A DNA stretch of 35,783 bases from a virus. Location: the UHGV virus genome UHGV-0117379, one strand, 5' to 3'. The position numbers and the translations under genes were made by a program. The notes under the pieces were generated by a model, which saw only the letters and a list, made by a program, of their open reading frames with translations, had not been told where the DNA came from and ran no database searches. Below are positions 1 to 9,117 of the stretch, piece after piece. Within the stretch, counting starts at the first letter, position 1; each line of letters opens with the position of its first letter.

Positions 1-49
1 ACAGTAGCAAGTATGTGTACATTTGTACATAAACCGGAAGAGGAAAATC

Positions 50-613
50 ATGGCCCGTAGACCAAACGATCCGCAGCGCCGCGAGCGCATCCTGCAGGCG
101 ACGCTGGATACCATCGCGGCGCATGGCGTCCATGCGGTAACGCACCGTAAAATCGCCACCTGCGCGAATGTGCCGCTGGGGTCACTGACCTACTATTTTA
201 GCGGCATTGAGGCGTTAATTGAGGAGGCGTTCAGCCTGTTTACTGCCGAGATGTCGGCGCACTACCAGCAAGGCTTCGTCGGGGTAACGAATCAGGAGCA
301 AGCCTGTGATGCCATTGCTGAGCTGATTTTCAGCGCCCAGGTGACCACGGCGCGTAATATGAAGCTGATGTACCAGCTGTATGCTTTTTGCAGCAGTCAG
401 CCGGCGCTGAAGGCGGTGATGCAAAACTGGATGCGGCGCAGCCAGCAGACGCTGGAGCAGTGGTTCGCCCCCGATACCGCCCGCGGTCTCGACGCCTTTA
501 TTGAAGGGATGACCTTGCACTTTGTCACCGACCGCGCGCCGCTGTCGAAGGCGGCAATCCGCATGATGGTCGGGCAGCTGGCGGGGGAGAGGGCGCAGGA
601 AGAGGGGCGCTGA
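50..613 (+). CDS. rcdA: TetR-family transcriptional regulator, RcdA/YbjK-like (host flank)
   Basis: ORF track 23..613 begins at a TTG; first ATG at 50 follows a GA-rich RBS. N-terminus [26 protein letters not shown] with a TetR-type HTH; resemblance to E. coli RcdA is from memory, not a search. GC-rich compared with the phage cargo. Confidence 0.7.
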   Translation: MARRPNDPQRRERILQATLDTIAAHGVHAVTHRKIATCANVPLGSLTYYFSGIEALIEEAFSLFTAEMSAHYQQGFVGVTNQEQACDAIAELIFSAQVTTARNMKLMYQLYAFCSSQPALKAVMQNWMRRSQQTLEQWFAPDTARGLDAFIEGMTLHFVTDRAPLSKAAIRMMVGQLAGERAQEEGR

Positions 614-680
614 AGCGGCGTTTCACCCGGAATGGCTAAACGCAGGCAACAAAAAACCCATTTATGTAAACGGGATAATG

Positions 681-714
681 AAAACAATAAGTTAGATTAA
701 AAACAATAAGTTAG
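681..714. repeat. Two direct copies of AAAACAATAAGTTAG (681-695 and 700-714), 19-bp period, in the AT-rich region next to the integrase 3' end
   Basis: Read directly from the sequence; 15/15 identical. Could be integrase arm-type or IHF-associated sites, or host intergenic sequence. Confidence 0.45.
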
Positions 715-735
715 GTTGGTGGTCAGTGGTGGTTA

Positions 736-1788
736 TTACGGGGTAATGCCAACCGCTGCCGCCACTTTGTCGCCACTTGGCAGCGTTGCCAGAGGATTGA
801 AACGGAGCGCCGTTTCCAGATGATCCGGTGCCAGATGTGCGTAACGCATAGTCATTTTTATATCGTGGTGTCCGAGAATTTTTTGTAAGGCCAGAATGTT
901 TCCACCCGACATCATGAAGTGCGCCGCAAACGTATGGCGCAGAACGTGTGTGAGTTGACCGCGAGGGAGCACGATAGACGTTTTTTCCATCACGGATAAA
1001 AATTGAAAATAGCAGTCTGTGAAGAAATTGAACCCATCAAGCGCCATGATCTCTTCGTAAAGCTCTTTACTGATAGGGATGCTTCTGTTTTTCTTCCCCT
1101 TCGTTCTGACAAAGGTAATTCGGTATTTGGTCACCTGTGAGCGGGTAAGATTTACGGCTTCACGCCAGCGTGCGCCTGTGCTTAAGCATATCTTAACTAC
1201 CAGTGCCAGAATTGGGTCCTGACGTTTGCAATCAGCCAGCAATTCAACAATCTGCTCATGGGTAAGCCATGCCATCTCTTTTTCTGCGATGGTGAATTTT
1301 CGCATGTTCTCCAGTGGGTTCGGATACGACCATTCGCCCAGACGGGATAGTTCGCTAAAAACACTACTTAGATAGCTTTGCTCCAGGTTAATGGTGACCG
1401 GGCTTGCTCCTTTCTTCCATTTCTCGCTGAAGTAGATCTCGCCTGTCAGGCGTTTATCTCGATAGTGGGCAAACATTTTAGAGGTGAGATCGGTTGCAAG
1501 AGGATTGCCTAGAGCGTCAACCATCAGCAGCAATTTGTCATAGACATGCTGTCCAGCAGTCAGAGATTTACCATGTAGTTTGAACCATAGCTCAACCACG
1601 TCTTTCAGGGTTCGACGATCCACTGATTCGCCCAGCCAGGGCTTTGATTCGGTTTCTTCCATCGTGTGACGCTCAAAAGCCAGAGCTTCGCCTTTGGTGG
1701 CGAATTGTTTACGCACACGACGCCCACTTCGTCCGGCGGGGTAACATTCGCAAAGCCATTTCCCTGTGGTGAGTTTTCGTACTGCCAT
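736..1788 (-). CDS. int: Tyrosine integrase (P2 Int family)
   Basis: ORF track 736..1944; N-terminus MAVRKLTTGKW aligns with the P2 Int N-terminus, so start set at ATG 1788 (GGAGGG RBS upstream on the minus strand). C-terminal HxxR...Y catalytic region (LRHTFAAHFMMSGGNILALQKILGHHDIKMTMRYAH). Confidence 0.9.
   Translation of the reverse strand: MAVRKLTTGKWLCECYPAGRSGRRVRKQFATKGEALAFERHTMEETESKPWLGESVDRRTLKDVVELWFKLHGKSLTAGQHVYDKLLLMVDALGNPLATDLTSKMFAHYRDKRLTGEIYFSEKWKKGASPVTINLEQSYLSSVFSELSRLGEWSYPNPLENMRKFTIAEKEMAWLTHEQIVELLADCKRQDPILALVVKICLSTGARWREAVNLTRSQVTKYRITFVRTKGKKNRSIPISKELYEEIMALDGFNFFTDCYFQFLSVMEKTSIVLPRGQLTHVLRHTFAAHFMMSGGNILALQKILGHHDIKMTMRYAHLAPDHLETALRFNPLATLPSGDKVAAAVGITP
756..775. 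other. Candidate attL core (CTGCCGCCACTTTGTCGCCA)
   Basis: 19/20 match to 35736-35755; overlaps the last codons of the integrase gene. Confidence 0.45.
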
Positions 1789-1976
1789 AAAAAATGCCCT
1801 CCAGTAGAGAGCATTTTTACTGTATGTATAACCAGTGTCAATGTATGAAATCCTACGACCATACATCTCACTGAAGCCATAATGAAGTTGGCTATTCTTT
1901 TTGCTATGTGAGCATGTAACTTTTGCGGTTAACCTGCGGCTCATTTTTATTTTAGACGCAGATATAAAAACAAAAG

Positions 1977-2168
1977 TTATCGTGAGTTTTTAGTACAGAT
2001 TTTTTTGGATTTACTAATAGTTCCATCATTGCAAACGAATTTGCCATCTGAGGTACAGTGAGAAACACCTCCCTTTTTCCCTGAGCAGGGATAATTTCTA
2101 GCATAGGTAGTTAGTGGGTTTAATAACAAAGAACATGACAAAACCACAAAAAATACCTTACCAAGCAT
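1977..2168 (-). CDS. Small secreted cysteine-rich protein (63 aa), unknown function
   Basis: ATG at 2168 with GGGAGGA RBS; N-terminal signal-peptide-like hydrophobic stretch [23 protein letters not shown]; mature part has 6 Cys; AT-rich; sits between cI and int on the same strand. Confidence 0.6.
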   Translation of the reverse strand: MLGKVFFVVLSCSLLLNPLTTYARNYPCSGKKGGVSHCTSDGKFVCNDGTISKSKKICTKNSR

Positions 2169-2183
2169 AGTTTCCTCCCGGTA

Positions 2184-2840
2184 CTATTTAACATACTTGA
2201 CTGTTAAACTTATAATTTTACCAATTATTTCAATGTCTTCTATCTTGCATTCGAAGGCTCTGTTTCCACCCTCGACGAAGATTCTTCCACCGGGTAAACG
2301 AGTAATGTCACGGATCGTTATTTCGCCATCAATACTTATTACCCATTTACCATCACGTATATCATCAAATTCTTTATCACAAATAAATTCAGAATTGTTA
2401 TCTGTGATGACAAAAGGTTTTTTAAACGTAGAGGGTAGAAATCCCTTATCAAAAATATAAAAACCGTCTTTCTGCAATGCTCCATCAGACAATAAATATT
2501 TTTCTACTTCTATAGTATTTGTATTTGCTGATGCTTGCTTTGAACCATGCCCTGTTGTTAGCCAATTAAGCGAGGTGCCCGTTTCAAGGGCGCACTGGAT
2601 TACCCAATCTGCTGGAAAAATATCACGCATATAGCGCGTTGCCATGGTGCTCTTAGAAACACCTAAATGATCACAGAGAGCCTGACGAGTACCGAACCCA
2701 TATGCTTCAACTAAACGTTCTATGGCTTTCTTACCGCCGCTATTGAAATCCACAAGTCCTCCAAAGAAATCCAAAATTCGTTGACAGATTCCAAAAGCGA
2801 TCTTAAAGTTGAACCAGAAGTGTTCTTTTGGAGCCTTCAC
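2184..2840 (-). CDS. cI: Phage CI-type repressor (186 CI-like, HTH N-terminal domain)
   Basis: HTH-like segment LGVSKSTMATRYMRD; position and orientation match the P2/186 immunity repressor, divergent from apl. The ORF starts at GTG 2840; true start uncertain. Confidence 0.7.
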   Translation of the reverse strand: MKAPKEHFWFNFKIAFGICQRILDFFGGLVDFNSGGKKAIERLVEAYGFGTRQALCDHLGVSKSTMATRYMRDIFPADWVIQCALETGTSLNWLTTGHGSKQASANTNTIEVEKYLLSDGALQKDGFYIFDKGFLPSTFKKPFVITDNNSEFICDKEFDDIRDGKWVISIDGEITIRDITRLPGGRIFVEGGNRAFECKIEDIEIIGKIISLTVKYVK

Positions 2841-2898
2841 TACTAATCACGACAAACAACGGCTCGCCACAAGCCATATCTAGAAGGAATGTTGCCTT

Positions 2899-3102
2899 AT
2901 GACACCTAACATTTCAATTACTCTGAATACACCACATGTCACAATCGAACGTTATAGCGAACTGACTGGCCTTTCTATTGATACGATTAACGACATGTTG
3001 GCTGATGGCCGACTACCTCGTCATCGTCTTCGTAAAGACAAAAAACGTGAAAAGGTAATGATTAACCTGGCTGCTCTGACTGTTGATGCTTTGTCTGCTT
3101 AA
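2899..3102 (+). CDS. apl: Apl/Cox-type excisionase / regulator
   Basis: 67-aa ORF with ATG 2899 and AAGGA RBS, first gene of the rightward early operon opposite cI. Confidence 0.7.
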   Translation: MTPNISITLNTPHVTIERYSELTGLSIDTINDMLADGRLPRHRLRKDKKREKVMINLAALTVDALSA

Positions 3103-3166
3103 TAGACGTCTATTTTCGCAATAAGACGCTGAGTTCGATTTTGCGATAAGTTCGGAGTTGAAAACC

Positions 3167-3676
3167 ATGTTTGATTACCAAGTTTCCAAACATCCACATT
3201 TTGATGAAGCCTGTCGTGCATTCGCACTGCGCCACAATCTGGTGCAACTGGCAGAACGTGCGGGCATGAATGTGCAGATTCTGCGGAACAAGCTGAACCC
3301 AGCTCAACCTCATTTATTAACCGCACCAGAAATCTGGCTGCTTACCGATCTGACTGAAGATTCAACGTTGGTAGATGGTTTTCTGGCACAGATTCATTGT
3401 CTGCCATGTGTACCGATTAATGAGGTAGCAAAAGAGAAACTGCCACATTACGTCATGAGTGCAACCGCAGAGATCGGGCGTGTTGCTGCAGGTGCGGTAT
3501 CTGGCGATGTAAAAACCAGTGCAGGTCGTCGTGATGCTATCAGCAGCATTAACTCTGTAACACGACTGATGGCGCTGGCGGCTGTTTCATTGCAGGCCCG
3601 TTTACAGGCTAATCCTGCGATGGCGAGTGCAGTTGATACCGTGACTGGCCTCGGTGCTTCATTCGGTTTGCTGTGA
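3167..3676 (+). CDS. cII: Phage CII-type regulator (186 CII-like)
   Basis: Track ORF starts at TTG 3158; ATG 3167 (GGAG RBS) gives 169 aa beginning [20 protein letters not shown], which I remember as closely matching 186 CII. Confidence 0.8.
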   Translation: MFDYQVSKHPHFDEACRAFALRHNLVQLAERAGMNVQILRNKLNPAQPHLLTAPEIWLLTDLTEDSTLVDGFLAQIHCLPCVPINEVAKEKLPHYVMSATAEIGRVAAGAVSGDVKTSAGRRDAISSINSVTRLMALAAVSLQARLQANPAMASAVDTVTGLGASFGLL

Positions 3677-3683
3677 GGTGCTT

Positions 3684-3980
3684 ATGCTGACGAAAGAACC
3701 ATCATTTGCATCGCTGCTGGTAAAACAAAGCCCGGCAATGCACTACGGTCACGGCTGGATCATGGGTGAGGATGGTAAACGCTGGCATCCGTGCCGTTCA
3801 CAAGATGAATTGCTGTCTGAATTGACCACGGGGAAACGGAGAAAGTCAAAATGTATGCAGCGGAAAGTGAAGTGGTTTATCAGTTTCGTTACAGAGGGGA
3901 GAGTTATTCAGTACCTGAAGATGATTTGCTCTGTTGTTATCCGTCGTTGTCGGGCGATGGCAGTTACTTTTTCACGCTAA
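3684..3980 (+). CDS. Hypothetical early protein
   Basis: ATG 3684 follows GAGGTG RBS directly after the cII stop. The second half of this frame is Cys/Arg-rich and low in complexity and overlaps ORF 3851..4075, so the 3' extent is uncertain. Confidence 0.4.
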   Translation: MLTKEPSFASLLVKQSPAMHYGHGWIMGEDGKRWHPCRSQDELLSELTTGKRRKSKCMQRKVKWFISFVTEGRVIQYLKMICSVVIRRCRAMAVTFSR

Positions 3981-4075
3981 AGGATGGGACGTTTTTACGG
4001 GGAGAGCAGGTTAAAGAGACGATACGAAAAAATGTATCTCCTCTTGAACGTTACCGTAAGAGCAAAGAACGATAG
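3851..4075 (+). CDS. Hypothetical early protein (74 aa)
   Basis: ATG 3851; protein-like composition (MYAAESEVVYQFRYRGESYSVPEDD...); overlaps the previous ORF by about 130 nt in another frame. Confidence 0.5.
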   Translation: MYAAESEVVYQFRYRGESYSVPEDDLLCCYPSLSGDGSYFFTLKDGTFLRGEQVKETIRKNVSPLERYRKSKER

Positions 4076-4097
4076 TTGCGTTTTGGGGATATGAATT

Positions 4098-4439
4098 ATG
4101 GCAATTAATGGCGCTGCGGCGACTGTTCCATTAAGCCCCGGTGAACGCCTGAATGGACTTAATCACATTGCGGAGTTAAGGGCGAAAGTTTTTGGCCTGA
4201 ATATTGAGTCAGAGCTTGAGCGGTTTATTAAAGATATGCGTGATCCACGGGATATCAATAGCGAACAAAATAAACGGGCACTGGCTGCCATATTCTTTAT
4301 GGCAAAAATTCCAGCTGAACGTCATAGCATCAGCATTAATGAGCTGACCACTGACGAAAAGCGGGAGTTGATTAAAGCAATGAATCATTTTCGTGCAGTG
4401 GTGAGCTTATTTCCCAGACGGCTAACCATGCCGAATTAA
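4098..4439 (+). CDS. Hypothetical phage early protein (113 aa)
   Basis: ATG 4098 with GGGGA RBS; sits within the early operon. Confidence 0.65.
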   Translation: MAINGAAATVPLSPGERLNGLNHIAELRAKVFGLNIESELERFIKDMRDPRDINSEQNKRALAAIFFMAKIPAERHSISINELTTDEKRELIKAMNHFRAVVSLFPRRLTMPN

Positions 4440-4506
4440 CCAGCTAATGAAATTAATGGCGTAAACCCGCCGGGCATCCCTTTATCTAAATTCAGGAGAA
4501 TTGATT

Positions 4507-4740
4507 ATGCGTAATATTGAAACCCTCACGACTAAAACCGGACCGGATGACGCAGGGCTTAATATTTTACTGACAGAGGCTCGTCTGGAAGAACGCCGGG
4601 CAAGGGCTGAAGCAATGGCTGCCCGCCTTGATAGTCTTGCGTGTCATATCACATCCCGCCAGCTAAACCACGTCGAAGCGGCAGAACTGCTGCGTGTGAC
4701 CGCTGAAGCAATCCAGAACGAAGCGCAGGAGATCCACTAA
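4507..4740 (+). CDS. Hypothetical phage early protein (77 aa)
   Basis: Track ORF starts at TTG 4501; ATG 4507 follows CAGGAGA RBS; stop overlaps the next start (TAATG). Confidence 0.6.
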   Translation: MRNIETLTTKTGPDDAGLNILLTEARLEERRARAEAMAARLDSLACHITSRQLNHVEAAELLRVTAEAIQNEAQEIH

Positions 4741-4967
4741 TGGCTGATGCAATGGATCTCGTACAGCAGCGCGTTGAAGAAGAACGCCAGCGCCATATCC
4801 GTGCTGCCCGTGCCAAAACACCGGGCGTGTCTCGCGTGCTTTGCATTGAATGTGAAGCGCCAATTCCGCCAGCACGCCGCCGCGCCATTCCAGGAGTGCA
4901 GCTTTGCATTACCTGTCAGGAAATCGCAGAGCTGAAAGGCAAACATTACAACGGAGGTGCTGTATGA
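4740..4967 (+). CDS. TraR/DksA-family C4 zinc-finger protein
   Basis: CIECEAPIP...CITCQ four-cysteine motif; short protein in the P2-like early operon. Confidence 0.7.
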   Translation: MADAMDLVQQRVEEERQRHIRAARAKTPGVSRVLCIECEAPIPPARRRAIPGVQLCITCQEIAELKGKHYNGGAV

Positions 4968-5266
4968 CAGGGGCTGTGCGTATCCATCAATTAAAAATTG
5001 CACCTAAGTATTTCAACGCTGTGGTTGCAGGTCAAAAGACGGCTGAACTTCGTAAAGACGATCGTGGCTATAAAGTTGGTGATGTTCTTTCTCTTTGCGA
5101 ATGGAAGCATGGCGTATTTACGGGTAGGGAATGGGCCGCGGTTATCTCTCATGTGCTTCCGGTTAATGACGTCATGGCAGTTTCAGAACAATGGGTGATG
5201 CTATCAATTCGCTCATTAACCCCATTAGAAGCTTTAGGATATGTTATTGCAGGAGGTGCTGTATGA
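4964..5266 (+). CDS. DUF3850/ASCH-like small protein
   Basis: ATG 4964 overlaps the previous stop (ATGA) with GGAGGTG RBS; the family assignment is from memory of the sequence pattern. Confidence 0.55.
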   Translation: MTGAVRIHQLKIAPKYFNAVVAGQKTAELRKDDRGYKVGDVLSLCEWKHGVFTGREWAAVISHVLPVNDVMAVSEQWVMLSIRSLTPLEALGYVIAGGAV

Positions 5267-6120
5267 GCACCATCCTGAAATGGGCGGGTAATAAAACCAC
5301 CATTATGTCCGAACTGAAAAAATACCTTCCTGCTGGCACGCGACTGGTTGAACCTTTCGCGGGTTCTTGTGCTGTGATGATGGAGACGGATTACCCCAGC
5401 TATCTGGTTGCGGATATTAATCCTGATTTAATCAACCTCTATAAAAAGGTTGCTGCTGATTGTGAGGCGTTTATATCTCGTGCCAGAGCTTTATTTGAGG
5501 AAGCAAACAGAGAGGTGGCTTATTACAACATAAGGCAGGAGTTTAATTACTCCACTGAAATTACTGATTTCATGAAAGCGGTATATTTTCTGTATCTCAA
5601 TCGTCATGGTTACCGTGGGCTATGTCGCTATAACAAGAGCGGGTATTTCAACATTCCCTACGGTAATTATAAAAATCCGTATTTCCCTGAAAAAGAAATT
5701 CGCGCATTTGCAGAGAAAGCCCAGCGGGCAACGTTTATCTGCGCCAGCTTTGATGAAACGCTGGCGATGTTGAAGGCGGGGGATGTGGTGTATTGCGATC
5801 CGCCTTATGACGGTACGTTTTCCGGCTATCACACTGATGGCTTCACTGAAGATGACCAGTATCACCTGGCATCCGTTCTTGAACATCGATCATCTGAAGG
5901 TCATCCGGTCATTGTTTCTAACAGTGACACATCCCTGATCCGTTCGCTGTATCGCAATTTTACTCACCACTACATCAAGGCAAAACGCAGCATCGGCGTG
6001 GCAGCTGGTGAGAGTAAATCTGCAACAGAAATCATCGCTGTTTCCGGGCCGCGCTGCTGGGTAGGATTTGATCCTTCGCGTGGCGTGGATTGTTCCGTCG
6101 TGTACGGAGTGCGTGCATGA
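5263..6120 (+). CDS. dam: DNA adenine methyltransferase (Dam family, N6-adenine)
   Basis: N-terminal LKWAGNK...PFAGS AdoMet motif and catalytic DPPY motif ([10 protein letters not shown]); ATG 5263 overlaps the previous stop; AGGAGGTG RBS. Confidence 0.85.
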   Translation: MSTILKWAGNKTTIMSELKKYLPAGTRLVEPFAGSCAVMMETDYPSYLVADINPDLINLYKKVAADCEAFISRARALFEEANREVAYYNIRQEFNYSTEITDFMKAVYFLYLNRHGYRGLCRYNKSGYFNIPYGNYKNPYFPEKEIRAFAEKAQRATFICASFDETLAMLKAGDVVYCDPPYDGTFSGYHTDGFTEDDQYHLASVLEHRSSEGHPVIVSNSDTSLIRSLYRNFTHHYIKAKRSIGVAAGESKSATEIIAVSGPRCWVGFDPSRGVDCSVVYGVRA

Positions 6121-8531
6121 GCCATGCTGATATGAACAACTGCAGCGGCTTTAACGAGGTCGCCGCAGCATTCTCATGGAACAGCCCGAAAAAGGCCATT
6201 AACCCTTATCTGGACCCGGCGGAAGTTGCGCCGGTTTCTGCGCTTTCAAACCTGATCACTCTGTACGCTGCCGATAACGAGCAGGAACAACTGCGCCGCG
6301 AGGCACTGAGTGATCAGGTCTGGGAGCGTTATTTCTTTAATGAATCCCGTGATCCTGTCCAACGCGAAATGGAGCAGGATAAGCTAATTAGCCGGGCAAA
6401 GCTGGCGCATGAGCAGCAGCGTTTTAATCCAGACATGGCCATTCTGGCGGACGTCAACGCCCAGCCTTCCCATATCAGCAAGCCGCTGATGCAACGTATT
6501 AAATACTTCAGCAGCCTGGGCAGGCCAAAGGCTTATTCCCGCTATTTGCGTGAGACGATTAAGCCATGCCTGGAACGACTGGAGCATGTACGCGACAGTC
6601 AGCTATCCACTTCTTTTCGCTTTATGGCAAGCCATGAAGGGCTGGACGGCCTGCTGATCCTGCCTGAAATGAGTCAGGATCAGGTGAAACGCCTGTCCAC
6701 CTTGGTAGCTGCGCATATGAGCATGTGCCTTGATACAGCTTGTGGCGATTTGTATGCCACCGATGATGTTACGCCAGAAGAAATCCGCAAGACATGGGAA
6801 AAGGTGGCAGCGGAAACCCTGCGTCTGGATGTTATCCCGCCTGCGTTTGAGCAACTCCGTCGGAAAAGAAACCGCCGTAAACCCGTGCCTTATGAACTCA
6901 TTCCTGGTTCGCTGGCGCGTATGTTATGCGCCGACTGGTGGTATCGGAAATTATGGAAGATGCGTTGCGAATGGCGGGAAGAGCAGTTGCGTGCTGTTTG
7001 CCTGGTCAGCAAAAAAGCATCTCCCTATGTCAGCTATGAAGCCGTGATGCATAAACGTGAGCAGCGCCGTAAGTCGCTGGAGTTTTTCCGTTCTCATGAA
7101 CTGGTGAACGAAGACGGCGACACGCTGGATATGGAAGACGTGGTAAACGCCAGCAGCAGCAACCCTGCGCATCGCCGCAATGAGATGATGGCCTGTGTTA
7201 AAGGTCTGGAGCTTATCGCGGAAATGCGCGGTGACTGCGCCGTTTTCTACACCATCACCTGTCCGTCACGTTTCCATTCCACGCTAAATAACGGCAGGCC
7301 CAACCCGACCTGGACAAATGCGACGGTAAGACAAAGCAGTGATTATCTGGTCGGTATGTTTGCTGCATTTCGTAAGGCGATGCACAAAGCCGGATTACGC
7401 TGGTATGGCGTGCGGGTGGCTGAGCCGCATCATGACGGTACAGTTCACTGGCACCTGTTGTGTTTTATGCGCAAAAAAGATCGCCGCGCCATTACTGCTT
7501 TGTTGCGTAAGTTTGCCATTCGTGAAGACCGCGAGGAGCTGGGTAATAACACGGAACCACGCTTTAAGTCTGAGCTGATAAACCCGCGCAAAGGTACGCC
7601 AACAAGCTACATCGCGAAATACATCAGTAAGAACATTGACGGGCGTGGTCTGGCTGGCGAGATCAGCAAGGAAACGGGTAAATCCCTGCGTGATAACGCC
7701 GAATACGTTAATGCCTGGGCGTCTCTGCATCGTGTTCAGCAATTCCGCTTCTTTGGCATTCCGGGGCGTCAGGCTTACCGTGAACTGCGATTGCTGGCTG
7801 GTCAGGCGGCAAGGCAACAGGGGGACAAAAAAGCAGGTGCGCCGGTACTGGATAACCCGCGCCTTGATGCCATCCTGGCTGCCGCTGATGCTGGCTGTTT
7901 TGCCACCTACATCATGAAGCAGGGCGGCGTACTGGTTCCCCGCAAATATCACCTCATCAGAACCGCTTATGAAATCAACGAAGAGCCGACCGCCTATGGC
8001 GATCACGGTATTCGTATTTATGGCATCTGGTCACCCATTGCAGAGGGCAAGATCTGCACTCATGCGGTGAAGTGGAAAATGGTTCGTAAGGCCGTTGACA
8101 TTCAGGAGGCGGCAGCCGACCAGGGCGCTTGCGCCCCTTGGACTCGTGGCAATAACTGTCCCCTTGCTGAAAATTTGAACCAACAAGGGAAAGACAAATC
8201 AGCTGATGGGGATACCAGAACGGAGATCACCCGCATGGATGACAAGGAGTTGCACGATTACCTGCACAGTATGAGCAAAAAAGAGCGCCGGGAACTGGCA
8301 GCAAGGTTACGCCTGGTGAAACCGAAATGGCGTAAAGACTACAAACAGCGAATTACAGAGCATCAGCGTCAGCAGCTCGTCTATGAACTGAAGTCCAGAG
8401 GATTTGATGGCAGCGAGAAAGAGGTCGATCTGCTCCTTCGCGGTGGCAGTATTCCGTCAGGAGCAGGCCTGCGTATCTTCTATCGGAACCAGCGTTTGCA
8501 GGAAGATGATAAGTGGCGGAACCTGTATTAA
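6117..8531 (+). CDS. A: Replication initiation endonuclease (P2 gpA-like, rolling-circle HUH type)
   Basis: ATG 6117 overlaps the dam stop; HUH-like motif HWHLLCF and paired-tyrosine motif [10 protein letters not shown]; about 800 aa, at the P2 gpA position. Confidence 0.85.
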   Translation: MSHADMNNCSGFNEVAAAFSWNSPKKAINPYLDPAEVAPVSALSNLITLYAADNEQEQLRREALSDQVWERYFFNESRDPVQREMEQDKLISRAKLAHEQQRFNPDMAILADVNAQPSHISKPLMQRIKYFSSLGRPKAYSRYLRETIKPCLERLEHVRDSQLSTSFRFMASHEGLDGLLILPEMSQDQVKRLSTLVAAHMSMCLDTACGDLYATDDVTPEEIRKTWEKVAAETLRLDVIPPAFEQLRRKRNRRKPVPYELIPGSLARMLCADWWYRKLWKMRCEWREEQLRAVCLVSKKASPYVSYEAVMHKREQRRKSLEFFRSHELVNEDGDTLDMEDVVNASSSNPAHRRNEMMACVKGLELIAEMRGDCAVFYTITCPSRFHSTLNNGRPNPTWTNATVRQSSDYLVGMFAAFRKAMHKAGLRWYGVRVAEPHHDGTVHWHLLCFMRKKDRRAITALLRKFAIREDREELGNNTEPRFKSELINPRKGTPTSYIAKYISKNIDGRGLAGEISKETGKSLRDNAEYVNAWASLHRVQQFRFFGIPGRQAYRELRLLAGQAARQQGDKKAGAPVLDNPRLDAILAAADAGCFATYIMKQGGVLVPRKYHLIRTAYEINEEPTAYGDHGIRIYGIWSPIAEGKICTHAVKWKMVRKAVDIQEAAADQGACAPWTRGNNCPLAENLNQQGKDKSADGDTRTEITRMDDKELHDYLHSMSKKERRELAARLRLVKPKWRKDYKQRITEHQRQQLVYELKSRGFDGSEKEVDLLLRGGSIPSGAGLRIFYRNQRLQEDDKWRNLY

Positions 8532-8623
8532 TTACGCGGGTTAACAATTCGTGCTCTTAATAATACCAGGCATATCAGGCTGATGAACGTAAAAAAACGT
8601 TTTACATCAGTAAGATTATTATA

Positions 8624-8643
8624 TACTGTAAATATAAACAGTG
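8624..8643 (+). promoter_or_regulatory. LexA (SOS) box TACTGTAAATATAAACAGTG overlapping a putative promoter
   Basis: CTGT-N8-ACAG with AT-rich spacer at 8626-8641; about 45 bp upstream of the ATG at 8685; candidate -35 TTTTAC (8600-8605) and -10 TATACT (8622-8627). Confidence 0.6.
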
Positions 8644-8684
8644 GCTATACATACAGTGTTGCGTGTGGTGTCATAGGAGGAAAG

Positions 8685-8873
8685 ATGCAGGACTATTTTT
8701 TGGAGTCTTTGAAGCTCCAGCGCATTGATTTTTTTCTTAAGCTTGTAGCGGCTAGTGAGTGTAGTGATGAAGAGAAGGGGCTGGCTTTGCAATGGGTTTC
8801 TGAACTGACAGATGAACTCATGGCAAAAATCAGAACCCACGAATACAACCGCTCAATGGATGTCATCAGCTGA
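8685..8873 (+). CDS. Hypothetical small protein (62 aa), first gene of the LexA-box unit
   Basis: ATG 8685 with AGGAGG RBS (track ORF starts upstream at 8583). Confidence 0.5.
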   Translation: MQDYFLESLKLQRIDFFLKLVAASECSDEEKGLALQWVSELTDELMAKIRTHEYNRSMDVIS

Positions 8874-8883
8874 GGTGACTTTT

Positions 8884-9117
8884 ATGCGCATTGAAATAAT
8901 GATCGATAAAGAGCAGAAGATTAGCCAGTCTACCCTGGACGCCCTTGAATCCGAGCTTTACCGCAATCTGCGCCCCCTGTATCCCAAGACGGCGATCCGC
9001 ATTCGCAAAGGCAGTGCCAACGGTATCGAGTTGACCGGCTTAAAACTTGATGAGGATAAGCAGCGGGTAATGGAAATTATGCAGCAGGTCTGGGAAGACG
9101 ACAGCTGGCTGCATTAG
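8884..9117 (+). CDS. DinI-family protein (Tum-like SOS module)
   Basis: ATG 8884 with GAGGTGA RBS; MRIEIMID...KQRVMEIMQQVWEDDSW resembles E. coli DinI (MRIEVTIAK...KQRISEILQETWE), recalled from memory. Confidence 0.75.
   Translation: MRIEIMIDKEQKISQSTLDALESELYRNLRPLYPKTAIRIRKGSANGIELTGLKLDEDKQRVMEIMQQVWEDDSWLH

Noticed and set aside
614-755. tRNA or tmRNA gene at the integration site
   Set aside because: No cloverleaf-like or T-loop (GGTTCGAATCC-type) sequence seen next to attL; the window holds too little host flank to settle this.
1789-1818. A/T-tract palindrome (AAAAATGC...GCATTTTT) just upstream of the int start
   Set aside because: The stem has only two G-C pairs and overlaps the int RBS; not convincing as a terminator.
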